A program made the translations under genes and the position numbers. The notes beneath the pieces were generated by a model. It saw only the letters and a program-made list of their open reading frames with translations, did no database searches and had not been told where the DNA came from. Of a stretch of 64,000 nt of DNA, positions 40,166-52,591 are shown piece by piece. The stretch is taken from the NCBI RefSeq assembly GCF_964194155.1, contig NC_135890.1:107198001-107262000 (forward strand). Reading direction: 5' to 3'. The stretch comes from Cetorhinus maximus (lineage: Eukaryota). Position 1 is the first letter of the stretch; every line of letters begins with the position of its first letter.

Positions 40166-41339
40166 TCATTGGATTAAAGCCTCCCGGGTGTCCCTGCCTC
40201 CTTGGTGTAGTGCTGGGTCAGTGTGCAGCCTCTCATCATTGCCCTGTGCTTCCTCATCCTCCAATCCACTGCTGGACTCATCGTGTGCAGCCACATCCAC
40301 TGTGTCAAGGTCTTCATCGTCCACTGCGTCCCCCCTTTCCAGCGCAAGATTGTGCAGAGCATAGCATGCTACCACTATCACAGAGACAGGATCTGGGGGG
40401 TACTGGAGTGTGCCCCCTGAGCGGTCCAGGCATTGGAAGTGCATCTTGAGAAGACTGATGGTTCTCCCCACCACATCCCTTGTGGTGCCCTGGCTCCTAT
40501 TGTAGCGCTGCTCAGCTTCTGTTCTTGGATGGTGGAGAGGCGTCATGAGCCACCTTTGGAGGGGATAGCCCTTGTCACCCAGCAGCCATCCATCCAGCCA
40601 GCCCGGCACCTGGGAGTGTCTGAGGATGTAGGCGTCGTGGGAGCTGCCTGGGTACCTTGCACAAACTTGTAGAATCTGCATCCTGTGATCACACACTATC
40701 TGCGCGTTCATGGAGTGGAAGCTCTTTCTGTTGACGAAGGCATCGGGCTCACCTGCTGGCGCCTTGATGGCTACATGTGTACAGTCTATTGCACCCTGGA
40801 CACGGGGGAAGCCAGCAATGGCTGTGCCTGGCTTGCCTGGTCCCAGTGGAAGTGGATGAAGGTCAATGCACGTCTGTAACCTGCTTGACACGAGTGTGCA
40901 CAGCTGATTAGGAGACACTGTAAAGATCACCCACTGAGCCCTGGAAGGAGCCAGAGGCATAGAAGTTGAGGGCAGCTGTGACCTTCAGAGCCGCTGGCAT
41001 GGGGTGTCCGCCCACACAGTTAGGAGAGATCTCAGGGCCAATCATCTGACAGATGTAGTTGAGCGTCTCCCTTGACAGTCGGAGCCTCCTTTGGCACTGC
41101 GCCTCAGTCATACTGAGGTAGCTGCTTTGCCGCCTGTATACCCTGGCAGCAGGATAGTGGCATCTTCTGTAGCCCCTTCCACCTTGGACTACCTCTTGGC
41201 CCTGCGCCCCTTGTGCCTGCACCTGTACTCCCAAAGGTGGCTCCCCTGGAGGCTGATTGTCCAGTCCTGGCCTCCTCCTTATTCTATCCCTCCCTTCCTC
41301 TTCAGAGGAGCTGCCTCCAGTAGAGATGTCAGAACCCAT
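40166..41339 (-). pseudogene. Harbinger DDE transposase (HARBI1-like), frameshifted
   Basis: LKVTAALNFYASGSFQ; GFPRVQGAIDCTHV; NRKSFHSMNAQIVCD; YPGSSHDAYIL; LLGDKGYPL; ACYALHN. Frameshift near 40920-40960. Confidence 0.92.
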
Positions 41340-41573
41340 ACCCCCAGGCTAAATGGAGGCCTCTGGAAAGCTGCAGGCCTGATAAAGATTCCTAACTGAA
41401 GAGTGCTGAGCTGAAGGTTTAAAGTACACAGAAAGCTGCTGGAATTCATTCTGAACTGCTACAGATCACACAGGCAAGTTTAAAAAACTTCCTGCAATAA
41501 ATACTTCACAGACCAGATTGACAACACCACTGAGCCCGCCCCCCCCCCGCATGTCACCCAGAAAATTCTGCCC

Positions 41574-42495
41574 AGCAGCACAGCCACATCACTGCAATAC
41601 CACAGTCATATCAGAGCCATATCACAGCAATATCAATGCAATACCACAGCCATATCAGAGCCATATCACAGCAATATCACAGCAATACCACATTCATATC
41701 AGAGCCATATGACAGCAATACCACAGCCATATGACAGCAATACCACAGCCATATGACAGCAATACCACAGTCATATCAGAGCCATATCACAGCCATAGGA
41801 CAGCAATACCACAGACATATCAGAGCCATATCACAGCAACACCACAGCCATATCACAGCAATACCACAGTCATATCAGAGCCATATCACAGCAATACAAC
41901 AGCCATATGACAGCAATACCACAGCCATATGACAGCAATACCAGTGTCATATCAGAGCCATATCACAGCAACACCACAGTCATATCACAGCAATACCACA
42001 GTCATATCAGAACCATATCACAGCAATACCACAGCCATATCACAGCAACACCACAGCCAGATCACAGCAATACCACAGTCATATCAGAGCCATATCACAG
42101 CAATACCACAGCCATATCACAGCAACACCACAGCCAGATCACAGCAATACCACAGCCATATCACGGCAATACTACAGCCATATCACTGCAATACCACAGC
42201 CATATCACTGCAACACCTCAGCCATATCACAGCAACACCACAGCCATATCACAGCAATACCACAGTCATATCAGAGCCATATCACAGCAATACCACAGCC
42301 ATATCACAGCAATGTCTCAACCATATCACAGCAATATCACAACCATATCACAGCAATACCACAGCCATATCACAGCAATACCACAGGCATATCAGAGCCA
42401 TATCACAGCAATAACACAGCCATATCACAGCAATGCCACCGCCATATCACAGCAATACCACGGTCATATCAGAGCCATATCACAGCCATATCACA
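41574..42495 (+). repeat. Minisatellite of ~11-bp units (CACAGCCATAT alternating with CACAGCAATAC)
   Basis: About 0.9 kb of directly visible tandem repeat with 22-bp higher-order periodicity. Confidence 0.95.
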
Positions 42496-42549
42496 TTACT
42501 GGCACTAAAGCCCTGAGGAAAATTGGAGCTGTAGTTAATGTCTCAAGTT

Positions 42550-43110
42550 GTTAAAACCAAAGGGCTACATTGTGTCTGAATGAAATGTTGTTCCTCAAGC
42601 TTATGTTGGGCATTGGAATGCTTTAGAAGGCCAAAGACAAAGTGGTCAGAGTGTGTGTGGAAATGGAATAGAATAGCAAGTGACAGGGAGTTTGGTGTTA
42701 CACTTGTCAGCAGAATAGAGGCATTCAGCAAAGCGATTGGCCAATCTGCTGCTGGTTTCCCTAATGCAGAGGAGACTGCTCCATAAGCAGCCATCGCTGT
42801 GTATTAGGTTGGAGGAAGTACATGTGAATTGCTGTCTCACACAGAAAAAGTGTTTAGGGATTGAACTGTGGTGATGGAGGAAGTGAAAGGCCATTTTTTA
42901 CATCTTTTGAACTTGCATGGGAAGATGCCAGGGGAAGGCAAATACATGATAGGAGTGATGGAAGAGTGAAGCAGAATGTAACAGAGGGAACAGTCCCTTT
43001 GTGGCACGGGGAGGGGAGGGGTTGGGAAGTTGTGTTTGGTGCTGGGTTCGCTTAGAGGGGTCAGAAATGACAGAAGGTGATCTATCAACTGAGGTCAGGC
43101 AAGGCTCAGC
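42550..43110 (-). mobile_element. Penelope-like element fragment (GIY-YIG remnant)
   Basis: LLCIRETSSRLANRFAECL resembles the YIGET.R.L..RF.EH motif. A related copy lies at 48680-49320. Confidence 0.65.
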
Positions 43111-43635
43111 TTTAGTGCCCACTAATCATCAGCGTCTAACCTCAGAAGTGAGGACCTGCAGGACTGGTGGCATCCCAGACTGACAGAGGAATAGGGCACA
43201 AAATAAAAGAATAAAGGGAAGACAGATGGAAATGTAGATCCAGATATTTCATACTGTGGCTGCTGTTATCTTCTGAAGGTAGGCATGTCATCAACACAGT
43301 GGGAGGGATTCCAAATTTATAGTTAGATTCTTTTCCAACAAATGTCCACTGGGTTTATAGAGGAACTTTACAAATGTGTTTTCTTGGCAGCTTCCCCCAC
43401 AGCATCACACTATCAAATCAGCACAGATCACAAATTTAAGTTGTGGGTAGGAAGGAAGTGACAATTATATTTTCCATGACATTCCTACATTACAACAGTG
43501 ACTGTAGTTAAAAGTACTTCTATGGCTGTAAATGCTGGTGCATTGCCTGTGGTCGTGAAAGGTGCTTTATAAGTACAAGTCTGTTCTTTTAGCTCATGAT
43601 CACTACGGGCGTTTACAGACAGCTGTGGAACTGGA

Positions 43636-43692
43636 GAAATGAAACCGAAACCAAACAGTCAAAACAAGTCGTGTTTCTGAGGAAATCGAAAG
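43636..43692 (+). promoter_or_regulatory. OASL promoter ISREs
   Basis: GAAATGAAACCGAAACC at 43636-43652 and GGAAATCGAAAG at 43681-43692, about 220-270 nt upstream of the ATG. Confidence 0.8.
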
Positions 43693-43907
43693 AGATTTGG
43701 TGTTTACTTAGGATCATATACAAATACTGAGCAAGGAAAAACTTTGAACCGGGTGGAGATACAGAACTGTGACGTGTATAATGTGTATTTGTTGAAAGGT
43801 TTTACAATATAAATCTGACTATATTGTTTGAATACTTGAAGGAACGGTTAGAGCTGTGGTTATAAGGAGCTGTAGTTACACCAACATCACTTGGTGTGAA
43901 AGCTGGA

Positions 43908-44081
43908 ATGATGGAATTATACAGCACTGATCACAAGAGGTTGGACGATTTCATTAAAACTAACCTGGAGCCGAATGAATTTAATACCAATGTGAGGAAT
44001 GCTGTGCACAGAATCTGTGAATTTTTAAGGAATCGATGTTTTCTCAAACAACCTGAGATCAAAGTAATCAGAGCCGTTAAA
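43908..44081 (+). CDS. OASL: OASL coding exon 1 (of 6; total 1509 nt, 502 aa)
   Basis: MMELYSTDHKRLDDFIKTNLEP..ICEFLRNRCF..VIRAVK matches the OAS N-terminus. Donor AAA|gtaagt, phase 0. Confidence 0.9.
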
Positions 44082-46191
44082 GTAAGTTATTTTATTTTTA
44101 AAGCAGCACATGGAATTAATAATGTTTACAATACTATTTACAATATCAGAAACTTTACCTTGCTTAAGTACGGAGATGTTTTCTGACGTGATTGTAAAGT
44201 TTCCTGTTTTCTGTGTTGTACTCCCTTCTCTCTAGAATATGTAAACTCGCTGTAGGACACAGTTTCAAGGGTGGCAGTTGCCTCCAGTATCTCAACTAAA
44301 TTAATGGGATTAGGTGGGATCATCATCATTTCATGGGACGATCTCAAAATGATGTCGATTTGCCCTTACAACGGCACAAATTTCCCGGAAAACCTGGATT
44401 AAAAGGGGATTATTTGCCTAAAGGGACAGAATGTTTTTGACCTGCTTGTTTTAAAAGCTCAGCAGCTTTAGATGTTTATCTGTTAAAGGGAACATTTACT
44501 TCAAATCTGTTTCTCTTAAAAAACTACATTTGGATGAACTTTTATCAAATTATTAATTTTATCATGCTTTAAATATGCTCCTCAAAATCAATAACAGTCC
44601 CAATTCCTAAAGTCACAACACACTTGTAAAGCAATTTTAATTTAAAGGCAATAAAGAACTGGTGTGTTACCTGAAATACACATTTCATGTTATTTAGCAA
44701 TAAATGAAACCCAAAAATTTGGGAAGAGAGGGAATTTCCCTTCTCCTCCCCACCACCCCCACCAATTCTGAGCACCCCCTCTAATCATCTGATCTTCAGT
44801 CAGCTGCAATAATATCAATTTTCTCTTTAGGGGAGGGAAGCAGGAGTCGGGACTGTTACTTTGTCCTGGGACCAGAGGGATACCAGTCACTCTTTGGGAT
44901 TTTGCCCAGAGTGCTCTTTTAATTGACATGGAGACAGGTCCCTCCTCCAGTTAAGAGCAGTGGGTGGGCTCTCGAAGCTGGAGGGGCAATCTGGGGCCTT
45001 TTAGCTTGAGAGGACCACCTGGCTATAGCACAAGGTAAGTAACTAAGAGGGTGCTTCAACATGGAGGTGCTCTTTCAGTAACCAATTGAAAAATTTAGTC
45101 AAGAAGTATAGAAATGAGCCAGGCCGCCACTGTGGGTCTTTTGATGGAGGGAGGGGGCGATTCGCTGTTTGGCTGCAATCGCACCAGGACACGGGTCGGG
45201 GGGAGGAGGGGGCCTGCCTGCTTAGGGCACTGCCCCCTCTCCCAGCCATTGGATGCCTGCCTCCAGGCAGTTGAACTGCCCTAGTCACATCAGGAAAGTG
45301 GAGACTGACTGGAATCTGAGTCAGCCTCTAATACCCACTGTTAACAAAGATCTTAATGAGTTGACCTAATTGACTTCTGGGTTGGGCATTTTAGCCGGGC
45401 TCCCAAACCCGCCTCCCCCAAGGTGGCCAATATGGGAATGGTGTCTGGAAACCGGCTGCCGACCATTTTGAATTCAGCTCTGTCCCTGACTTCAGCAGGG
45501 CCTGAAAATTCAGTGCAGTGAGTCTGTCACATTTACTCTTGTACAAGGGATGGCAGAGAGAGCAGGTCACAGCTAAATGATAGTTAGTGGCTTCACTCTT
45601 GTTTAAGCTTTTTAAAAAGAAAACTGTCAAGAGATTTAGTTTGCAACTTATGATTTTATTGTCATACTTAAACAGAAAGTTGTTTGGCAGATTGTGACTT
45701 GGTAGCAACTCTGCCACTGGCTAAGAATAAAAATGCAAAGAATTATATTAATCCCCACAAAAAGATCACCAAATAGGGCAATACCACTCTGTTGATAACA
45801 GAGTTAAAATTGAGCACAAAGGCTAGACAAGAAGGGAACAATCAACCCAGGTTTCCCAATCCTGTTCAGTGAGGACAAGATTAGGCTGTGATGCCCCATA
45901 TGGTTGAATAGCCTGTTGTCACCTGTGGTCCAAGATAACATATGAATAATGGCTAATGAGGGGAATTGCTGAAGTGGGCTTCTGGACCTCTGTCTCATTA
46001 AAGTGTCAGCACCTTCACAAAAAGACGGCAAGAGGACAAAAATCAGAAGGAAAATGGCAGTGAAAATTAAGCCTAAATCAAGAACACAGATAGTCTGCAT
46101 GGCTTCAATAACTCTTCCACATTTCAGTAATGGTAAGTTCACCAGTCATTGAAATAATCATAAATAATTGTCTATTTTCCCTCCTCCTCAG

Positions 46192-46492
46192 GGAGGGTCG
46201 TCAGGCAAAGGAACAGCTTTAAGAAACGGTTCAGATGCGGATCTGGTTGTCTTCCTCAGTTGTTTCCAGAGTTTCCAGGAGCAGAGGAACACCAGGCATG
46301 AAATCCTTGAAGGAATCCAGCAAATGCTGGAAAAGTGTGCTTTGAGTATTGCCTATGAGATCAGTGATATCAGTATCAATTTTATACCGAACAGCAACAG
46401 CCCACCAAAATCGATGAGCTTTTCAATAAAATCAAAGAAGAAAGATTCAGACAGCGTGGATTTTGATATTTTGCCAACATTCGATGCATTAG
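46192..46492 (+). CDS. OASL: OASL exon 2 (nucleotidyltransferase core)
   Basis: GGSSGKGTALRNGSDADLVVFL..VDFDILPTFDAL. Acceptor ctcctcag, donor G|gtaaga, phase 1. Confidence 0.95.
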
Positions 46493-47053
46493 GTAAGAAT
46501 TGATGCGGTTATTAAATCATTAAAGCTCAAGTTTAATTTTAGTTCTTCCAATAGCCTCTGTTGTCCATCAAGAAAAACAGTGGGTGTTATCAGCTTTGCT
46601 TTATCACATGTCCTGTTCCTAGTTAAGATGATGCCATAGTTGAGCTCTATATTTGGTTATTAGAGTTGTTGCTGAGGGAGAATATGTTGCTTTTTAAGTG
46701 GGACATTAGCCTAGGTTTAGGATTGACATTATTAACTGGCGTTAACGGTTTGGTATTATGATGCTGATGGAAAGTCTAGGATACAAACACTTTAACGTAA
46801 AGAAACAAAATCTAACCAGTAATGTTGATGTCTGAATTTATTTCATTTCCCCTCCTTTTCTAAAGCAAATGATTCAGTTCCTTAGTCACCAGAAGTGCCT
46901 GGTACTTCTGTCAGCTGATCATTTTTCATACAAAAACAGGAGTGTCAGCAGCAACACAAAAATAAAATACTGTGGATGCTGAAAATCTGAAATAAAAGCA
47001 GAAAGTGCTGAAAATATTCATCGTGCCTAGCAGCGCCTGTGGAGAGAAACAGA

Positions 47054-48335
47054 GGCCTGGATTTCACCATGATGGAGGGCCTTTCCTCCATGTTGAAAAT
47101 AGTGGACAAGCCCGGAAATAGGAAGTCCCACCCCCAAACACCACACTTTCCATTTTCGTGAGGTGGGAATGAAGTTGGGCTGGGGTTTGTGCATAGGTGG
47201 ATTATGGATGCAGCTGGTGGTATAAATCACCAGCTGCCTCCACTGAAGTGGGATTTTGGTCAGCCGGGTGTGTGAAACCCAAAGTGTGTAGATTGGACCA
47301 GTTGAGAGTAGGGCCCAGGTTTCTGCCCAGGGGTTGGGAGATTTTCTGGCTCGGCGAACGCAATCTTTAAAAGTGTCTGCCCGCCAGTCAGATTTTTGGT
47401 CAACAAATGGAGGTGAAGCTTAAATAGGAGTTGGGTCGGGTGATCCCAGAACAAGTGCAGTGGCTAGTGGGTGTAGAGGCGGGATGGGCGCAAGGCCTGA
47501 AAAACAAAACACATCCCTCCTACCTCACCCCTTGCCCCCTCACCCTCCCGCACACACCCTGTGCCTCGTCCATGCGAACCCATGCTCCTGTACACACACC
47601 CCATGCCTCTTCATACCCCCATGCCAACTTAGTGTCAACTCACTCCAACTCCTGCCCCAACCCACCACCCTTTGCCTCTAACCCTCTTCATGCCAACTCA
47701 CCAAGAATCTATGGACAGTTCCTTGACAGCTTTGATAGCTGAACAGTTATTTGAAAGCCAGACAGTTCTTCAATAGTTCCTTGACAGCTGTACAGCTCTT
47801 TAACATTTATTTGCTAGCTGGACAGTTCTTTAACAGCTGGACAGTCCTTTAACATTTATTTGACAGCTGGACAGTTCTTTAAGAGTTTCTTGACAGCTGG
47901 ACAGTTAAATATTTCTTTGACATCTGGACAGTTCCAAGGAGATTCTGTGTAAAAAGTGCGTAATCATGTTTAATTTTAACGATGCTAAAGGCTGCCTTAC
48001 CTCTCCCAAAGGTGTCTCAAGACTCTACACAAGGGGGTACCCTGACTATCCAAAGAATCCACCAAGCTCAGACCGCCTCTTACGTGGTCTGCTCTGCGCA
48101 GTTCCAGATTCCAGCAGCCAAAGTTCAAAAATCCCATTTCAGTGGAGGAACTGGTGATTTAAATGGCCAGCTGCTTCCACAAATCGCGCATGTGCAAAGC
48201 CTGGGCCCACTCCAGTCTCGCCCTCACGAAGATGGGAATTACTGGGTTCGGGGGTGGGACTTAGAAATTTCTGACATTTTTGAGACTTTTGCCACGCCGG
48301 AGAAGCTCTCCGACCCGTGTGTGAAAATCCAGGCC
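47054..48335. mobile_element. Non-autonomous TIR element (Harbinger-like) inserted in a short interspersed repeat
   Basis: TIRs ggcctggatttcac / gtgaaaatccaggcc and a 3-bp TSD AGA. It splits ggagagaaacaga|gttaacatttcagg. Internal gacagctggacagttc tandem repeats at ~47715-47935. Confidence 0.85.
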
Positions 48336-48679
48336 AGAGTTAACATTTCAGGTCAACCTTTCATCAGAAATCTTCTTTCGGATCAGGCAAAAGTTAGAAG
48401 TGAAATAAGTTTAAAGCAAATCAAAGGGAGGAGGGTGGGAAAAAGAATAAAGGGAACAGTGTTTGAAAGGTAGGGGAGATTAGATGACAAATGTGTTGAT
48501 AGTGAAAGGCCAAAAGGGAGTGGTATTTTGGACAGGTTATAAAAGAGATGTTTCTGCAGGAGGTGTCAATGGCAGTGTCATGAACAGCTGCCATCTGCAG
48601 GCAAAAAAAATGGAGAAAAACAGGAGAGAAAAAATAAAATCAGCAAAGAAAAAGGAAACAAATGGAGGCTGAGGTCACG

Positions 48680-49320
48680 ATTTGAAGTTGTTAAACTCAA
48701 TGTTGAATCCAGGAGAGTGTAGAGTGTCTGATTTAAAGATGAAATGCTGTTCCTCAAGCACACGCTGAGCCTCCAGTGTAGGAGGTCAGCGATAGAGGTC
48801 AGAGTGGGAGCATGGTCCAGAATTAAAATGACAGGTTTGGGGAAGTTTGGGGTTATCTTGCAGACTGAATGGAGATGTTCTGCAAAGTAGTCACCAAATC
48901 TGCATTTGGCTTCTCCAGTGTAAAGGAGGCAGGGACGGCAGGAATCTAAATTGAGTAAATTAATGTTTCACCTGGAAGGAATCTTTGAGGCTTTGGACAG
49001 TTAGAAGGGAAGAGGTAAAAGGCCAGGCATTGTATCTGCTGTGATTGCATGGAAAGGTGCTGTGGGAAAGAGAGGGAGGTGCTGGCAGGGTGATTGAGGA
49101 GTGGACCAGGGTGTTGCGAAGGAATTGGTCCTTTTCAAAAAGAAGGGAAGATGTTTTTAGGTGGCGGCGGTGGTGAGAATAGTGGAGGATGATCCATTGA
49201 AGAAAAAGGCTGGTGGGGTAGTAGGTGAGGACCAGTGGAACCCTATTGTGGTCCTGGAGGGAAAAGGAAGGGTTGAGAGAAATATGTAAAATGGAACAGA
49301 TATGGCACAACGGACTTAAA
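48680..49320 (-). mobile_element. Penelope-like element fragment
   Basis: RVPLVLTYYP..; minus strand YTGEAKCRFGDYFAEHL. Confidence 0.65.
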
Positions 49321-49433
49321 ATGTAAGAGTGTTAAAGGATTACTTGGCCTAGAGAGTGGGGGCACCATACCCTGCTTACTTGTGATGACCACAAACACTT
49401 TCTGTTGCTCATTAAGCATTTCATTTCTTACAG

Positions 49434-49609
49434 AGGGAACAGACAATGCCAATGATGCCCACCTCAAGCTAATCAAGTTAGTAAACGAAAATGGAGCTCT
49501 AGGTGGCGAATTTTCTGCCTGTTTTACTGAGCTTCAGAGAAACTTTGTGAAGCAGTGTAAACCAAAACTTAAAGACTTGATTCGCCTGCTGAAGCATTGG
49601 TACAAGCAG
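49434..49609 (+). CDS. OASL: OASL exon 3
   Basis: GEFSACFTELQRNFVK..KLKDLIRLLKHWYKQ (OAS signature). Acceptor ttcttacag, donor CAG|gtaagt, phase 0. Confidence 0.95.
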
Positions 49610-51668
49610 GTAAGTGACTGGGGAATGTGCTAATTGTTAATGCTTGGAGGTTATGGGAGGATTGTAACACTAAATGACAGCTTCCCTCTGTGTCCCAACG
49701 TCCACCCGCTCCATTGACAAATACTACAGGTGAATCCAGGGATTCCCCATATTAAAAACTAGCAAAGAGTTGTCTGGGATGTTTGCATGGAGGGGGATTG
49801 AGAGAACCTTTGGAGAAAAGTCCATTTGTGCTGTTTCTCCAGCACCTACACCAGTCTCTGCTGAATTTACAACAGGAGGTTAGCAGATCCCAGAGGAAGT
49901 CAGGCTCAGTATTTGGAATAACTCAAGATTCTTGCTTCCCCTCTGCTGGAATTTGACTTTGGTTGAAGCTGTTGGAATGAATTTGGACGAAGGGGAGAGC
50001 TCCTGTCCACCTTCTGGGTTAGGCCGAACAAATATTAAAACCACTTCTTGATTCTCAAAAGAATTAAAGAGCAAATCCCCTGAACCCATATTCTGTGGAG
50101 GGGCTGTATTCAAGGGAAGTACAGATCAGAGATAGAGCCTCAACCCTTCAATTTCCACCTACTTCCAATAAGGCTCTACATTTAGAGTGAGGATCAGGGA
50201 TTTTATCCTTAAATCTTTTACAGTCCCTCAATATTGTGCCTTAAAGTGAACGTCTCAAGTTATATAAACCTGCAAATGGCAAGTTTGACCAGCCCCCTAT
50301 ACAAAGCCAAAGGCTGTATTCAATTCTCCAGTGCCTGGGGCTCCAGAATGCAGGACAAAAGACAACCAAACCCAAGTTAATTAATCGCTGAAGGAACAAT
50401 TGAAAAATGATGAGGTGGAAATTGGTTCTCATGGTGCCATTTTTCCAAGTGGGAAATTGAGGCAAAAAATGACCAATTTCAACCAAAGGCGCCTGAAATA
50501 TGACCGGTGCAATAAGGGTCTTGGACAATTTCCAGGTGTCCGGGCAACTGTCCGGAACAGGCATTATGCTCCTTGAATATGTTAATGCGGGATCTAATGC
50601 CTGTTTAACGAGGTTTACTGCAACTGGTCAGCGCTGAGTGGTCACCTCAGATTTTTGCTTCCACGTGCAACTTCTACATTAATACATTTTTATACTTCAT
50701 GTAGGGGCAGGGTCTCCTCCCAGTGGTGCTCCCAACTTCACTGCTGCTACCAGCCCACCATCACCCACCTCCCCACTCTCTCCCTATCTGATGGTCATTG
50801 CTGGAGAGGCAGCTGGCTGATCTTGGTCCTCATGGAACCTGTGAGCTGTTGTTTCATACCCAATTTGAGTCCGCATCTTCCCAGCAAATTTCTGATAATG
50901 TCCCGAGGTCTAATTTCAGTTGAGTCCCTGGCTTCTGGTGCACACTCCCAGCATGCTGCCTACTTCAGGCAAGAAAATGGACCAAAATAAATTTCTACCC
51001 CAGTCACTTTCAGGTGAGATATTCAATGAAAGCCTTGCCTGCCCTCTCAGGTGAGCCTAAACGATCCTATCACACTCTCCGGGGAAGAGTAGGGTGTTCT
51101 GCTGGATATCTGGATAAAATTTAACCTCAACCAACATAATGAAAAACAGACAATCTCGCCATTTATCTCATTGTTGTTTGTGGGATCTTGCTGTGTGCAA
51201 ATTGGTTGCTGCATTGCAACTTCAAAATACCTCATCTTGGGAAGTGCTTTGGGAAATTTTGAGGTTGTGAGAGGTGTTACGTACCTAATGCCAAGTACTT
51301 GCTTTCTTTTGAACCCTGACTCTCCAACGCACTATTCTGTAGGATCATGTCCACAATTTGCCCATGGACAGTTTGTGTGCTCAGCCTTATCTTTGTGGAG
51401 AGATACTGAACGGAGATTTGGCATTTCATCCAATAGAAGGAGAAAAAGTTGGAATGAGGCCACTTTGGGCAGATCTTGTGGATTTCTTAGTGCATGCTGG
51501 GGTGGCAGCACTAGACTAGGTCTAGCTTCAACCAGTCCTATCAAGAAAGTTGCTTGGTTTCCAAAGAATGATGGAAGTAAAATATATGGAAGCAAAAATA
51601 TCGGATGGAAGGAGGAGTGAGTACTTTTAATATCTTGTATATTTACATTTATCAATCATTTGCTCTAG

Positions 51669-51919
51669 CATGTCAAGCCACGGAAATCCGATCTGAGACC
51701 TGGCGAACGTCTTCCTGCTAAGTATACAGTGGAGCTGCTGGCTATCTATGCCTGGGAGCAAGGCAATGGGCAGGAGAGATTCAGCACAGCTGAAGGGTTC
51801 CGGACAGTCCTTGAACTGATCTGCAGATATCAGGATCTGTGCATCTACTGGACTCAGAACTACAACGTCGAGAATAGAGTCATTGCAGACTTTCTAATAA
51901 AGGAACTCAGTGGCAAGAG
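51669..51919 (+). CDS. OASL: OASL exon 4
   Basis: HVKPRK..LPAKYTVELLAIYAWEQG..AEGFRTVLELI..LCIYWT.NY. Acceptor tgctctag, donor AG|gtaatc, phase 2. Confidence 0.95.
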
Positions 51920-52591
51920 GTAATCTTCAAATACATTTAAAACTAAACCAATTAGAGCTGTTTCATTTCTTTGAACAGCTCCCAAGTAAGGGGGCGTTTT
52001 TAGGGTCTGGTTCAGCTGGTCTTTAATATCCATTCCTAACTTTGGCGTCATGGAGTGTCGAATAAGTGACATATTGGCTGCATCATTTGAACGTGATGAA
52101 TGTGCAACTGAATGTTTGGAGTGAGAGTCAATCCAACACATTGTTCTTTGTGAAAATGTGCCCAAGAGGCAACAGTTTTCATAACGCTACTTTCTCATGT
52201 GAGATTGTACTAAACTACCATTAAAAAGTCTGCTCTTGCTCCTTCCCCAACTAATGTTTAAGGTCAAAATATTAACTCTCATTTACAAACCTCACCATCA
52301 TTTCATCTATTTGCCCTATCCTGCCTCAGCCACATCCTCCAGCCTTTTTTCCAACTCATGCCCTCAACCTCCTGTGTATTGCCATCTCTCTTATTTGGCA
52401 CCATTAGCAAAGTTATAAGTCATCTTAGTGCCACATTACGGAACTCTTCATAAAATTCTTTGCCTCACTTTGTCTTTTCCCATTTTCAATAATCGCCTGA
52501 AAACCTTCGGTCAGATCCTCAGATTCTACTACCGGTCAGGATCTGTTTCTTTCCGCTGTATCTTAAGATATTTACAATATTTAAATCTAAA

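Larger units (their letters stand above)
36403..41573. mobile_element. Decayed autonomous PIF/Harbinger DNA transposon with two convergent genes
   Basis: Empty site in unit 1 (ggaaac|agcagcacagcc, ~17501). Right TIR cagaaaattctgccc, degenerate left end aaattttctg. Encodes a Myb/SANT-like gene (+) and a DDE transposase (-). Confidence 0.92.
21381..42535. repeat. Segmental tandem duplication unit 2 (ISG15-A2 + ISG15-B2)
   Basis: Colinear with 1-19345. Carries a Harbinger insertion and a longer minisatellite, and lacks the unit-1 LINE insertions. Confidence 0.93.

Noticed and set aside
40166-41339. Domesticated HARBI1 host gene
   Set aside because: It is frameshifted, lies inside a TIR-bounded element with a partner Myb gene, and has an empty site in the duplicate unit.
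41574-42495. Possible CRISPR-like array
   Set aside because: No unique spacers and a eukaryotic context; it is a simple tandem repeat.
41907-42554. 215-aa and 161-aa repetitive ORFs (HSNTTAISQ..)
   Set aside because: They are translations of the 11-bp minisatellite, open in several frames, with no splice or promoter support.
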